Virus record (IMG/VR): IMGVR_UViG_3300030109_004892
Location: 1-60,083 of that record
Origin: a virus
Lineage: Duplodnaviria > Caudoviricetes
Length of the DNA: 60,083 bases
Direction: 5' to 3' (one strand)
Each line of letters starts with the position of its first letter. Position 1 is the stretch's first letter. Below, in pieces: positions 18,865-29,053 of the stretch. Below the pieces are notes generated by a model that saw only the letters and a list, made by a program, of their open reading frames with translations, had not been told where the DNA came from and did not search any database. The translations under genes and the position numbers were made by a program.

Positions 18865-19656
18865 ATGCTAAAGAAGATTTTTAAAGCAGCAAAAAAAGCA
18901 GCACCTATAATTGGTGCAGGATTAGGATATTTATACGGAGGCCCAATGCTAGGCTCTGCTATTGGCGGAGGTCTCGGAAGTTTGGTTGCTGGTAAAAGTC
19001 CACAAGAAGCTCTTAAATTTGCAGCCTTATCAGGATTAGCAGGAGGAGCTCTTAGTAAATTTGGAGGTGTTCAGGCAGGTCAAGGATTAGGTGGAATATT
19101 TAATAAACCTGTAGGCACAAATATAACTAGAGAAATTGCTGGAAGACCTATGCAAGCAGCTACTTTTCCTAAACAAAATATACTTCAAAAAGGTTTGGGA
19201 TATGTTAAAAAAAATCCAATTAAATCTGCATTAGCAGGTTTAGGTATAGCTACTGCAGCAGGAGCAGGTGGAGAAGAAGAAGTAACATCTACCTATGAAG
19301 ACGTATATGGAAAAGTTCCTGGATTTAGAGATCTAGGTCAAGCGGATATTGCGCCTCCTCAATTAATACCTTATGGTACTGCTAATCAACCTTACGGTTT
19401 TAGTTTAGCTAATGGGGGAATAATAAGTTTAGCAGATGGTGGAGACTTTCCTCGTAAGAATGGTAGGATAGCAGGACCAGGAACCGAGACTAGTGATGAA
19501 GTGCCAGCGATGTTAAGTGATGGAGAATTTGTTGTTAATGCAAGAACAGTCCGAGGACTTGGGGCAGCGATGGGTGCTGAAGGAAGAGAAGATGAAAGAG
19601 ACAGAGGATCAAAATTTTTATACAGTATACAAAATAATTATGGAGGAAAAGCATAA
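18865..19656 (+). CDS. Internal virion/ejection protein with glycine zippers and a GPGT..SD..PAMLSDGEFV domain
   Basis: AAGGAG RBS before ATG 18865; domain also common in tape-measure proteins. Confidence 0.75.
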   Translation: MLKKIFKAAKKAAPIIGAGLGYLYGGPMLGSAIGGGLGSLVAGKSPQEALKFAALSGLAGGALSKFGGVQAGQGLGGIFNKPVGTNITREIAGRPMQAATFPKQNILQKGLGYVKKNPIKSALAGLGIATAAGAGGEEEVTSTYEDVYGKVPGFRDLGQADIAPPQLIPYGTANQPYGFSLANGGIISLADGGDFPRKNGRIAGPGTETSDEVPAMLSDGEFVVNARTVRGLGAAMGAEGREDERDRGSKFLYSIQNNYGGKA

Positions 19657-20645
19657 TGGTTGAAACTTACACAAATATTACTGCCCAGCCACCTTACATA
19701 GAAAAAAGAGCAGAACAATTATTAGCTTCCGTATATGGAGATCCAAAGGCTGTAAAAAAGGCGGGTGAAACCGATGAAGCTTTTAACTTACGAAAATTTG
19801 GTAGAGCAGGTATAGCTCAACCTATTCCACAATTTCAATTTGCAAGTTTTTCACCAGAACAACAACAGGCATTTCAATTAGCTAGTCAAGGTATTGGTTC
19901 GTATGCGCCGTACTTACAACAAGCAGGACAACAAGCAGGACTTGGAGCTACTACACAAGCTATTGGAGCAGGACAATTATTAAGCGGAGCACAAGCTTAC
20001 AATCCTAATCAGGCGCAAGCTTTTATGAATCCTTATCAACAAAGTGTAACACAAGAAGCTCTTAAAGAATATGATCGTCAAGCACAAATAGCTCAACAAG
20101 GTTTAGCTTCTCAAGCACAAAAGGTAGGTGCTTTTGGTGGATCACGTATGGGTGTTCAAGAAGCAGAAATGGGAAAAAATTTAGCTGACATTAAATCAAG
20201 AAGAATTTTTGAAGACTTATCAAGAAACTTTCAACAAGCACAAGGTGCAGCAATGGGATCATTTGCTGATCAACAACGAAGAGCATTACAAGCAGGCCAA
20301 GGTTTAGGTCAATTAGGTTTAGGTCAAGCAAGCACAGGTAAAACTATGGCTGGTCTTGGTGCATTAACTCAACAACTAGGTCAAGGGGATGTTCAGTCAC
20401 TTCTTGGTATTGGTGGTATGAAACAACAACTAGGTCAAGGAATGTTAGAAGCTCAAAGACAACAACAACTGATGGCACAACGTGAACCATTTACTAGACT
20501 TGGATTTGCTAGTGATATTTTACGAGGAGTTCCAAGTGGTCAATATCAATATACTCAACAACCACAAACTAATCCATTTGCTCAAGCATTAGGACTTGGT
20601 ATCGCAGGACTAGGAGCTTATGGACAATTTCAAGGTGGTAGTTAA
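19656..20645 (+). CDS. Internal virion / DNA ejection protein (Gln/Gly/Ala-rich)
   Basis: FMNPY...AFGGSR motif; hydrophobic Gly-rich C-terminus. Confidence 0.75.
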   Translation: MVETYTNITAQPPYIEKRAEQLLASVYGDPKAVKKAGETDEAFNLRKFGRAGIAQPIPQFQFASFSPEQQQAFQLASQGIGSYAPYLQQAGQQAGLGATTQAIGAGQLLSGAQAYNPNQAQAFMNPYQQSVTQEALKEYDRQAQIAQQGLASQAQKVGAFGGSRMGVQEAEMGKNLADIKSRRIFEDLSRNFQQAQGAAMGSFADQQRRALQAGQGLGQLGLGQASTGKTMAGLGALTQQLGQGDVQSLLGIGGMKQQLGQGMLEAQRQQQLMAQREPFTRLGFASDILRGVPSGQYQYTQQPQTNPFAQALGLGIAGLGAYGQFQGGS

Positions 20646-21832
20646 TGGGTTTAAATAATATACAAAAATCAAACCGAAAAGTTTTAGATAGACCAATGTT
20701 TGCTAAGATGAAAGATGGCACTATTAAGCCAGTGCAATATCATTATGTTGGTGCAGCAATTAGTGTAGGAAGCAGAACATTGCCTTATATAGCAAAAGGA
20801 TTACAAGCAGCTAAAAATACTTTACCAGCAATAATAAGCAAAGGAAAAAATTTAATAACTAGAGGAGGACCAAAAGTTACAGGCGGAGGAACAACAGGCA
20901 CGGCTATCGTTCCTTACACAGGAGGGGGTGCTGGTTTACCTGCTGTTAGTAGTGTAGCAAAATCTAAACTACCTCTTCTTAGAATGCTTGGTTTAGGCAC
21001 GGCACCATTTGCTATAAGTGAAATAAGTGATTTGGTAATGAAGGAAAAGGAAGAAAAAGAAGATCCATACAAAGGTAGTGGCAAAATAGAAAGACCTAAA
21101 GACTCGCCTACAGGGATACCTTCAAAAAAAGATGAGGGAACTAAAATTGAAGAGGATGTTATTACAGATATTAATAAAGGTAATCTTGATGAGATGATTA
21201 GCGAGAAAATAGAATTATTTAAAAGTAAATTAGGAGATGGATCTGATAGGAAAAAAACAGCGGGTTTTGGAATGCTTACGGAAATAGGTTTAAATTTAAT
21301 GCAAGCTAGAGGAGGAAACTTTTTAGATAAATTATCTCGTTCTGCTACAGACCCATTAAAAACTTTTACAAAAATAGGACAAGCTATTAATGATCGTATG
21401 GATAAGATTACAATGGCAGGTATAGAATCAGGTATTAAATCTTTTGAAGCAGATAAAGATCGTGCACTTACAGAAAAAGACATTGCAGCTAGGGCTAAAC
21501 CTGATGATGTAAGAACCTTAGAATACCTACAACAATTGCCGGGTGTTAAAGATTTACCTATTGAACAGATTATTCGTCTATCTAAAAACAAAGCTATTAT
21601 GAGTGACCAAGAATTCTATCAAGAATTATCTTTAAATTTAACTAGAGGTAATCCTGATATTACAGCGCAAGAAATTTCAGATATATTTACTTCAATTAAA
21701 CAAGGTAGTCCTGGAGAAACTATGACAATTGAAGCACAAATTTCTCAATTAAAAAAAGCAGGAAAAACAGATACCGAAATTAAAGCAGCCTTAATTCAAA
21801 TAGGTGAAGACCCATCTAAATATGTAATTTAA
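20645..21832 (+). CDS. Putative internal virion protein
   Basis: VLxRPMF N-terminal motif; position among ejection genes. Confidence 0.65.
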   Translation: MGLNNIQKSNRKVLDRPMFAKMKDGTIKPVQYHYVGAAISVGSRTLPYIAKGLQAAKNTLPAIISKGKNLITRGGPKVTGGGTTGTAIVPYTGGGAGLPAVSSVAKSKLPLLRMLGLGTAPFAISEISDLVMKEKEEKEDPYKGSGKIERPKDSPTGIPSKKDEGTKIEEDVITDINKGNLDEMISEKIELFKSKLGDGSDRKKTAGFGMLTEIGLNLMQARGGNFLDKLSRSATDPLKTFTKIGQAINDRMDKITMAGIESGIKSFEADKDRALTEKDIAARAKPDDVRTLEYLQQLPGVKDLPIEQIIRLSKNKAIMSDQEFYQELSLNLTRGNPDITAQEISDIFTSIKQGSPGETMTIEAQISQLKKAGKTDTEIKAALIQIGEDPSKYVI

Positions 21833-21833
21833 A

Positions 21834-24800
21834 ATGGCTAATCAATTATTAGATCAATTTGATTTAACTACAAAAAAAGAAGAAGTAACTGTTCCAAATA
21901 ATACAGGTAACAGGTTATTAGACCAATTTAATAATAGTGGAGGTAACTACACTTCTACCACTGAAGAACCAGAAAAAAAAGCGGGATACATAGTATCAGC
22001 AGGTGCAGGTGTATTATCAGGTGCAGAAAAAGCAGTTGAAGGATTAGTTACAACAGGAACTCTTCTTGCAGATTTAGGACTAGGAACAGAACTTACAAAG
22101 AAAGTAGAAGACTGGTTTGACAGCCAAGAAGCTTTTAATAAACTAGAAGATCTAGCTGATGATACATGGTTGGGTAAGACAACAGAAATTTTAACTCAAT
22201 TAGGTGTACCAGGAGGCTTTGCTTTAAAAGGTGCTAATGCTTTACTCAAAGCGAAAAATTTAGGAATATTAAATAAGTCTCCTAACCTAGCTAGGTTTGG
22301 TGCAGCGGGTGTAGCAGATGCTATAGCTAGCACAAAAGACATTCCTACAATAGGAGATTTTCTTGGTGCAGGACCCACGGAACAAAGATTAAATCAAGGA
22401 GAAGAAGGAAGGGCTGAAGCCTTTAGAAGATTAACTAATAAATTTAAATTTGGAATGGAAGGTGCATTAGGGTTTTCTTTATTTGATAAAGTATTAATAC
22501 CCGGTGCAAAAGCAGGTTTTAAAAAAGTTATACCCACTGTTGCAGGAGTAATAAGAGGTATTAAAGGACCGGGTAGCACTATCGTAAGAAAAGAATTTGA
22601 TCCTCGATATGAAGCATACATTAAAGTAAAAGATGAAATAGATGCAATAAAAGCTAAAGGTAAGAGAGAGGGTTCTCTAGATGTTAAAAGCGTTGAAGAT
22701 CTTAAAGTAGCACAAGCTAAATTAAAAAACTTTATAAAACAAGGGGTAGACAAACTAGATCAACCACGGGATGTTACTCAACAATTAGAAACAGGATGGC
22801 AATTTAGTAGTAATAATATCATTAGAAAGTTTCAAGAATTAATTGGTTCTAAACTTACGGCCGCTTCTAAATATGCGGGAACAGATATTTTTAAACAAGT
22901 TAGAGATAAAATTAATCTTACTAGAGGTTTAGAAGAAGATGTAAGAATTAATACTCAACGATTAGGTAATGCTGTTGATGAATTATTAAATCCTAAAAAT
23001 TCTAACAACATGATTAAAGAACTAGAAAAAAGAGGGTTAAAGAGTAGAGAAAAGTTAATGGAAGCAATGCATGAATTCTTGACCACGGGTGGCATGGGAA
23101 GAATGGTTAAGTATACTTCAGGTCCTAAAAAAGGAAAAACAGAATATCGCCCATACACACAACAAGAGCTTGTAAAAAGAAAACAATTTGTTGACAGTAA
23201 TATTCCTGAAGAACTTCTCCCTCACATGATAACCATACGAGATCAAATAGATGCTCTTAGTAATACATTATTAAAGACTCCTGGTATTGAAAAAGCTGCA
23301 GGAGTAACTCCTCAATTTTTAGATACAGTGCGAGCAAACATAGGGGAATATATTGTTAGGCAATACAGGGCAAAAGGTGCAAACAAAAAAATGTCAGAGG
23401 AGTGGATTGAAAGTTTATATAATACTAAAGAAGGACTTAAAATTATAGACCGAGCAAAAGTTTTAATTAGTAAAGCTAACCCAAAAATGTATGGAGAAAT
23501 AATAGGCGAAACAGTAGATCCTATAACAGGAAAAAAATTTGGTGGAAGATTTGTTCCGTACAATGAATTAAATGCAAGACAAATGGATGATGAAATTAAA
23601 AAGATTTTATATTCAGGTGGAGACTTTGAAAAATTAGGGGATAGTTTTGAAAGATTAATTACTGTAGATAAAAGTATTGCAAGGGGACGAAAGCAAGTTC
23701 CTAAAGCTATTCGGGATCTTTTAGGAGAAGTACGTAATTTAGATGAGTCTTATATTAATACTGTAAGAAAATTAAATGATTATGCTTCTACTACCAAATT
23801 TTATAATGATGTTTTAGCTAGCGGTGACGGAAAATATTTTTTTAATACACCAGAAATAGCAGAAGGAGGATTAAAATTTACTACACGTATTAATTCTGAC
23901 AATGCATTAGATGGTTTGTATACGACTCCTCAACTAGCAAAAGCTCTTGGAGAATTAGCTTCTAATAATAATAATCGTTTTTTAAATTCACCTATTTACA
24001 ATACTTTTTTCTTAGGACCTAAAGCCTTTACACAAGAATCTCTTACAACATTAAATCCATTTACTCATGTACGTAACGTTGTAAGTGCTCTGTCTTTTAC
24101 AGGAATGAATGGTAATTGGTTTCGTAATCCTGGAAAAATATATGAAGAATTTACCGATACTTTAAATGTAATTAAAGGAGAAACTAAAAGTAAATTAGAA
24201 ACAGAATTAGGTAGGAAAATATACAGAGATAAAAAAAGTTTAGCACAAATAGATGCTTATGTTAAAAATGTTCGTGAACTTCAAGAACTAGGTGTTATTA
24301 ATAATAGTCCTAGACTTCAAGACATGGCTAATCTGGTTGATGATGTATCTAAAACATTTGATGGTTCAGAAACAGTTGTTCCAGAAAGTGTTCTTTATAA
24401 AATATTTAAAGGATTTGATCCTGCTGGAAAAAGTGGACTTAGTAAACTTAGAAGAACAGCAAGAAACTTATATGCTTCAGAAGATAATTTTTTTAAAGTT
24501 CAAAATTATGTAGCTGAACAAAACAAATACAAAAGTGTTTGGGATGATTTTTATAAAAATGATGTCAATGGTTTTGTTAATAAATATAAAAATGAAGCAG
24601 CAAAATATGGTGTGAGTAGTGAGGATTTATTTACTCGTCGAGGATACGATAGGTTTGTTAAAGAAAAATCAGCGGACATTGTAAAAAATAATATACCTAA
24701 CTATGATTATGTAGGAGACTTTATCCAACAATTAAGACGTCTTCCTCTTGGAAACTTTGTTTCATTTCCTGTAGAAACAATTCGTACGGGTATTAACACA

Positions 24801-26150
24801 TTAAGACAAGGAGTAAAAGAAGTAGGAGACCCAATGACTGCGGGTATAGGAATGAAAAGAATACTAGGTGTCACAACTTTTGGAGGATTAATGGGCCAAG
24901 GAATGGTAGAATTAGGACAATTAATGTACGGTGTATCAGATAAAACACTAAATGCACTTAAAGAATATTTACCTGATTGGTCTAAGAACTCTAGTATTGT
25001 TCCAATTAAACAAGGTGGCCAATTATACTTTATAGATTTTTCACATACTAATGCTTATGATTTACTTACAAGACCAGCACGAGCTGCTATTAATGCTTTT
25101 AATCAAGGTCGAGAAAATGAAGAAACAGTTCTTAAATCTGTTGAGGCTGCAGGTTTTGATGCTCTTAGAGAATTAGCACAACCTTTTATATCCGAATCAA
25201 TTATTACTGAATGGTACGGGGATGTTTTATTTAGAGGAGGCGAAAAGAAAAATGGTAAAAGAATATGGCAAGAAAACGATCCTTTCCCTGAAAAATTTTT
25301 TAAAGGAGCGGTATCTTTATTTGGTAGAGCAGCCCCTTTTGGATACAAACAAATGGAAAGAATTTATTTATCGGGTGTAGGAAATAAAGACCAATACAAT
25401 CGTGGTTATAAATTTATGAACGAAGTGTCAGGAACTTTTGGATTTAGAATTCAAGACCCATTTATTGAACAAGGACTTAGTTTTAAAATTAATGGTCAAC
25501 AAAAACAAGAAAGAGCGGCGAAGAAAGAAATTAGTTCTGTAGTTTTTGATGGTAATGCTACAGTAGAAGACGTAATAAAAGCTTATGAAAGAGCAAATGA
25601 AATTAAATTTAAAGCGGATCAAGCTTTGTTTAAACAAATAGAAGCTGCAAAATATTTAGGATTGTCAGAAAAATTAATTAAAAAAGAATTAAGAGATAGA
25701 TATTCTAATAAAGAAGCTTCTGCTTTAATACGAGGTAATTTTTCTCCTATTAAACTTTCTTCTTTTGCTATGAAAACAGTAAAAGATAATCACTTAATGA
25801 GAGGACAAAATGATCCTACCCAATTACTTAGACAACTTTCCAGGGATATCTTTAATAACTATAAAGGAAATGTATTCTTTGAAGATGTAGAAGGATTGTT
25901 TGAAAGACCCTTAGATTTAATGGGGGATAGAACTCCTAACTTAGTAGTCCCTCAAGGAGAAACCGTTGCCCCTCCTGTTATTAATACTCCTAATGTACCT
26001 AGTGGAGGTGGAAATCTTTTATTAGAACAGTTTGATTCTAGCCAAATGATACAACCATCAGGTAATGTAATTAACCCATCTGACACATCTCAACTTGCCA
26101 AAAGCGGAGATATTGATATAACAGAAGCTATAGCAGCAAGGAGAACATAA
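21834..26150 (+). CDS. Large internal virion / ejection protein (1438 aa)
   Basis: LNP.TH.RN, ED.FFK, PNY...LRRLPLGNFVSFP.E..R, LP.WSKN motifs of large podoviral core proteins. Confidence 0.75.
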   Translation: MANQLLDQFDLTTKKEEVTVPNNTGNRLLDQFNNSGGNYTSTTEEPEKKAGYIVSAGAGVLSGAEKAVEGLVTTGTLLADLGLGTELTKKVEDWFDSQEAFNKLEDLADDTWLGKTTEILTQLGVPGGFALKGANALLKAKNLGILNKSPNLARFGAAGVADAIASTKDIPTIGDFLGAGPTEQRLNQGEEGRAEAFRRLTNKFKFGMEGALGFSLFDKVLIPGAKAGFKKVIPTVAGVIRGIKGPGSTIVRKEFDPRYEAYIKVKDEIDAIKAKGKREGSLDVKSVEDLKVAQAKLKNFIKQGVDKLDQPRDVTQQLETGWQFSSNNIIRKFQELIGSKLTAASKYAGTDIFKQVRDKINLTRGLEEDVRINTQRLGNAVDELLNPKNSNNMIKELEKRGLKSREKLMEAMHEFLTTGGMGRMVKYTSGPKKGKTEYRPYTQQELVKRKQFVDSNIPEELLPHMITIRDQIDALSNTLLKTPGIEKAAGVTPQFLDTVRANIGEYIVRQYRAKGANKKMSEEWIESLYNTKEGLKIIDRAKVLISKANPKMYGEIIGETVDPITGKKFGGRFVPYNELNARQMDDEIKKILYSGGDFEKLGDSFERLITVDKSIARGRKQVPKAIRDLLGEVRNLDESYINTVRKLNDYASTTKFYNDVLASGDGKYFFNTPEIAEGGLKFTTRINSDNALDGLYTTPQLAKALGELASNNNNRFLNSPIYNTFFLGPKAFTQESLTTLNPFTHVRNVVSALSFTGMNGNWFRNPGKIYEEFTDTLNVIKGETKSKLETELGRKIYRDKKSLAQIDAYVKNVRELQELGVINNSPRLQDMANLVDDVSKTFDGSETVVPESVLYKIFKGFDPAGKSGLSKLRRTARNLYASEDNFFKVQNYVAEQNKYKSVWDDFYKNDVNGFVNKYKNEAAKYGVSSEDLFTRRGYDRFVKEKSADIVKNNIPNYDYVGDFIQQLRRLPLGNFVSFPVETIRTGINTLRQGVKEVGDPMTAGIGMKRILGVTTFGGLMGQGMVELGQLMYGVSDKTLNALKEYLPDWSKNSSIVPIKQGGQLYFIDFSHTNAYDLLTRPARAAINAFNQGRENEETVLKSVEAAGFDALRELAQPFISESIITEWYGDVLFRGGEKKNGKRIWQENDPFPEKFFKGAVSLFGRAAPFGYKQMERIYLSGVGNKDQYNRGYKFMNEVSGTFGFRIQDPFIEQGLSFKINGQQKQERAAKKEISSVVFDGNATVEDVIKAYERANEIKFKADQALFKQIEAAKYLGLSEKLIKKELRDRYSNKEASALIRGNFSPIKLSSFAMKTVKDNHLMRGQNDPTQLLRQLSRDIFNNYKGNVFFEDVEGLFERPLDLMGDRTPNLVVPQGETVAPPVINTPNVPSGGGNLLLEQFDSSQMIQPSGNVINPSDTSQLAKSGDIDITEAIAARRT

Positions 26151-27859
26151 TGCCACCACCGGGATATAAAGGTAAAAGACCAAGTAGACCTAAAAGAAAT
26201 AGGCCTAAAAGAAGTGGGCCTAAACGAGGTGCTGGTGGTAGAAGAGCTAACCTTAGACGTTCGGCACGAAGAAGTGCAGAAGCTAGGCAAGACAAAGCTC
26301 GTAGTGGTCAAGCGAGTAGAAGAAAAGCTGATGTAAGAAAAGGGGGCGAAAGTACAGGCAGAGAAGCAGGTATTGCTGCTGCTAATAAATATATTCCTAA
26401 GAAAAAACAAACATCTTTAGAACAAAGTGTAGGTAGTCTTGATAGACGAATTAATACAGCCTTACAAAAAGGAAACACAGCTTTAGCTAAAGACCTTCGT
26501 TCAAAGAAAAAAGGGTTTGTTAAAAAACTAGGATTGTCAAGAGCGCATGACGCTATGATTAATGCAGCTCCTCTTAGTAAAAGAGACCAAATAAAAAAAC
26601 AAATAAAAGCTAATCCTAATATGTTAAACACAACAGGTAAGGAAATTTTTGATGAAACAATGGACATGGATTTTCTAGATCCAACAAGACAACTACAAAA
26701 CGAATATCCAGAAGCCTATGCAGATATGTATCCTATTTCTAATCAATTACAAAAAGGATTACCAGGTGTACGTTTTGCTAAAGAGGCTTTAGGGTTAGAC
26801 AAGAAAAAAATTCCTTACACAGATCCTGATATGCCAGGAGTACGATACCCATTGGACATAACTTTTGGTGCAGGTGAGGGTGCAACTCCTATAACAACAA
26901 GATCAGATAGACAAAGCCCATTAGATGAAAAACCTTTTACTATTTCAGACAGACAACCAGGAATAGATTTTATTCCAGAAGTAAGAACAGTTACAGAAAA
27001 AGACAAACAAGCAGCTATTGACAGAGGAATTAGTCCCGAGTTTATTTTTTCTCTTCCCGATGATCCTCGCACAGAACTTATAGAATCAGATTTAAATACA
27101 GGTTCAGCTTTGCAATTAGCAGAAGCAGCAAATGTACAAGATACTTTATCAGATTTAGTTAGACCTGAGTTTACCTCCTCTAATGTGTTTGCTTTACCAG
27201 AACAAGTTAAAGAAAACTTAAATAAAGATGCTAAAGAAAATGTAAAAACTTACGAAATAGAAACATATGGCAAAGAAATAACAAGCGATGACTTAGCCAA
27301 GGCTGGTGTAAATGAAGCTTATTATAACATGAATTTTGATACTCCTATAATTCAAAAACAATTGTTTGAGTCAGGTGTAATCAAGGAAAAAGATGTTCAA
27401 GCTCCTATAGTAAAGGATGTTGAAGCAGCACAGAGTGGTAACTTAGCAGGACAAATTGCTGGGGTTCCATTAGATCTAATAGGTTTTATGGGTGGAAATT
27501 TGGTTCCTGGTTATGAAAACATGACAGACTATGTTAAAAATCGGGCTTTTGTTCCTCAAAAAACATACACCGGAACAGAATATTTAGATAAATTAGCTGC
27601 TGACAAACAAACTGCTATTAATAATGTTAATAGATTAAATATAGATGATATTAAAAAAACAGAGTTAACAAATTTTATAAACAACCCACCAGATATGACT
27701 ACTGGTTTGTTGGATCAAAATAATTTAAGTCTTTCTGATATGGTGGTTAACGAAAATTTTGATACGGGAGTAAACACGGATCAAGGTTCTCTTGATGTAT
27801 TAAATTCATTAGCAGAAAAACCTAATTATTTAAAAAGATTATTTGGTTTTAATCAATAA
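26150..27859 (+). CDS. Putative virion protein, basic N-terminus and acidic C-terminus
   Basis: Coupled 569-aa ORF; Arg/Lys-rich first ~130 aa. Confidence 0.65.
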   Translation: MPPPGYKGKRPSRPKRNRPKRSGPKRGAGGRRANLRRSARRSAEARQDKARSGQASRRKADVRKGGESTGREAGIAAANKYIPKKKQTSLEQSVGSLDRRINTALQKGNTALAKDLRSKKKGFVKKLGLSRAHDAMINAAPLSKRDQIKKQIKANPNMLNTTGKEIFDETMDMDFLDPTRQLQNEYPEAYADMYPISNQLQKGLPGVRFAKEALGLDKKKIPYTDPDMPGVRYPLDITFGAGEGATPITTRSDRQSPLDEKPFTISDRQPGIDFIPEVRTVTEKDKQAAIDRGISPEFIFSLPDDPRTELIESDLNTGSALQLAEAANVQDTLSDLVRPEFTSSNVFALPEQVKENLNKDAKENVKTYEIETYGKEITSDDLAKAGVNEAYYNMNFDTPIIQKQLFESGVIKEKDVQAPIVKDVEAAQSGNLAGQIAGVPLDLIGFMGGNLVPGYENMTDYVKNRAFVPQKTYTGTEYLDKLAADKQTAINNVNRLNIDDIKKTELTNFINNPPDMTTGLLDQNNLSLSDMVVNENFDTGVNTDQGSLDVLNSLAEKPNYLKRLFGFNQ

Positions 27860-27861
27860 CA

Positions 27862-28071
27862 ATGAATCTATCAATGCGTGATTGGATATGGGTTGGTTGT
27901 ATAGTAGCTGGTATCGCTTTCACTAACGGGATGATGTCATCACGAGTCACGGCCCTTGAATCAAAAATAAAAGATATGGACATGCTACGTATTGATGCAC
28001 GGCTCTCGGTTATTGAAATACAAGTAAAAGAAATAAATCAAAAGTTAGATAAAATTTTAAGTATTAATTGA
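27862..28071 (+). CDS. Small TM + coiled-coil protein (holin/XhlA-like)
   Basis: N-terminal TM; ends EINQKLDKIL. Confidence 0.6.
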   Translation: MNLSMRDWIWVGCIVAGIAFTNGMMSSRVTALESKIKDMDMLRIDARLSVIEIQVKEINQKLDKILSIN

Positions 28072-28605
28072 TACATTAAACAAGTTTGGATATTCTCTTA
28101 ATAGGTATCCTATTGTTGCTTTTAATTTAGGAATATAATTAGGATCTACAGCATATCCTTTCAAAGTTTCTATTAATGCAATAACATCTATTTCTTCGCT
28201 TATATATTGTTTTACCCTTAAATCTTGGTAATCTTTAAAAAGATGATGTCTATTTAAAAGTTGAATATAATCAGCAACTGATTCACATTTACGTTCATAC
28301 ACACGAATCATAATACTAGGATCACCTAAAGCTTTTAAATGTTTTGAAGTAGGATCAGTTTCTATTATTCCATAAAAATTATTTCCTTCTTTAGCAAAAC
28401 GAGAGTTACCCCAATCAGATTCAAGAGCTGCTTGAGCAACACTAATAATTATAATAGATCGTGAAGGAGGGGGAAGATAACTATTTGTTAACTGCGTACA
28501 TTCAATAATACCTTCTACAAATTCTTCTTGTGTAGAGTAATTAAAATCAAAATTATTTAATGTTGTATTGCATAGTAAAAATAAAGTTAAACATAAAGAT
28601 TTCAT
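28057..28605 (-). CDS. Glucosaminidase (GH73/Bax-like) with signal peptide
   Basis: AQAALESDWGNSRFA..GNNFYGI...YA.DPNY. Confidence 0.85.
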   Translation of the reverse strand: MKSLCLTLFLLCNTTLNNFDFNYSTQEEFVEGIIECTQLTNSYLPPPSRSIIIISVAQAALESDWGNSRFAKEGNNFYGIIETDPTSKHLKALGDPSIMIRVYERKCESVADYIQLLNRHHLFKDYQDLRVKQYISEEIDVIALIETLKGYAVDPNYIPKLKATIGYLLREYPNLFNVSINT

Positions 28606-28614
28606 ATCATGAAC

Positions 28615-29052
28615 TTATTTATTTTTTTTAAGATATGCAATCATTCTCCTTAATTCTGTTGTACTTTCTTTAACCATACCTAAACTTAAATTATGTCGCT
28701 GACATATTAAACCTCTTGGTAAAAGCTTAGGATTGTTTCGATAATCTTTTCTTGTATATTTATGATCATGATCAATAACTAATTCTGCTAGATTACTTCT
28801 CCCCTTTTTTCTACTTGGAGCCTTATTATATAAAACATCTTTATCACACATCACACATTTAGGTTCTTGTTTAAGCCACCAGTCTGCCACACTTTTACCC
28901 CATTCACATTTAACTTTGCGATAACGCAGAGTTATTCTACCTTCAAGTGTAGATCGTAGTTTTGTCTGTTCTTTTTTTCTTGATCTATTAATAGCAGCTT
29001 TTCCCTTTGCAGTATTAATATATGTTTCCTGTCTTTTTCTTGCGTATGCCAT
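28615..29052 (-). CDS. Endonuclease VII-family nuclease
   Basis: CxxC...IDHDH...RGLICxxHN..LG. Confidence 0.85.
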   Translation of the reverse strand: MAYARKRQETYINTAKGKAAINRSRKKEQTKLRSTLEGRITLRYRKVKCEWGKSVADWWLKQEPKCVMCDKDVLYNKAPSRKKGRSNLAELVIDHDHKYTRKDYRNNPKLLPRGLICQRHNLSLGMVKESTTELRRMIAYLKKNK

Positions 29053-29053
29053 A

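Noticed and set aside
20914-27072. Antisense ORFs up to 225 aa within ejection-protein genes
   Set aside because: Shadow frames of long coding genes; no RBS or motifs
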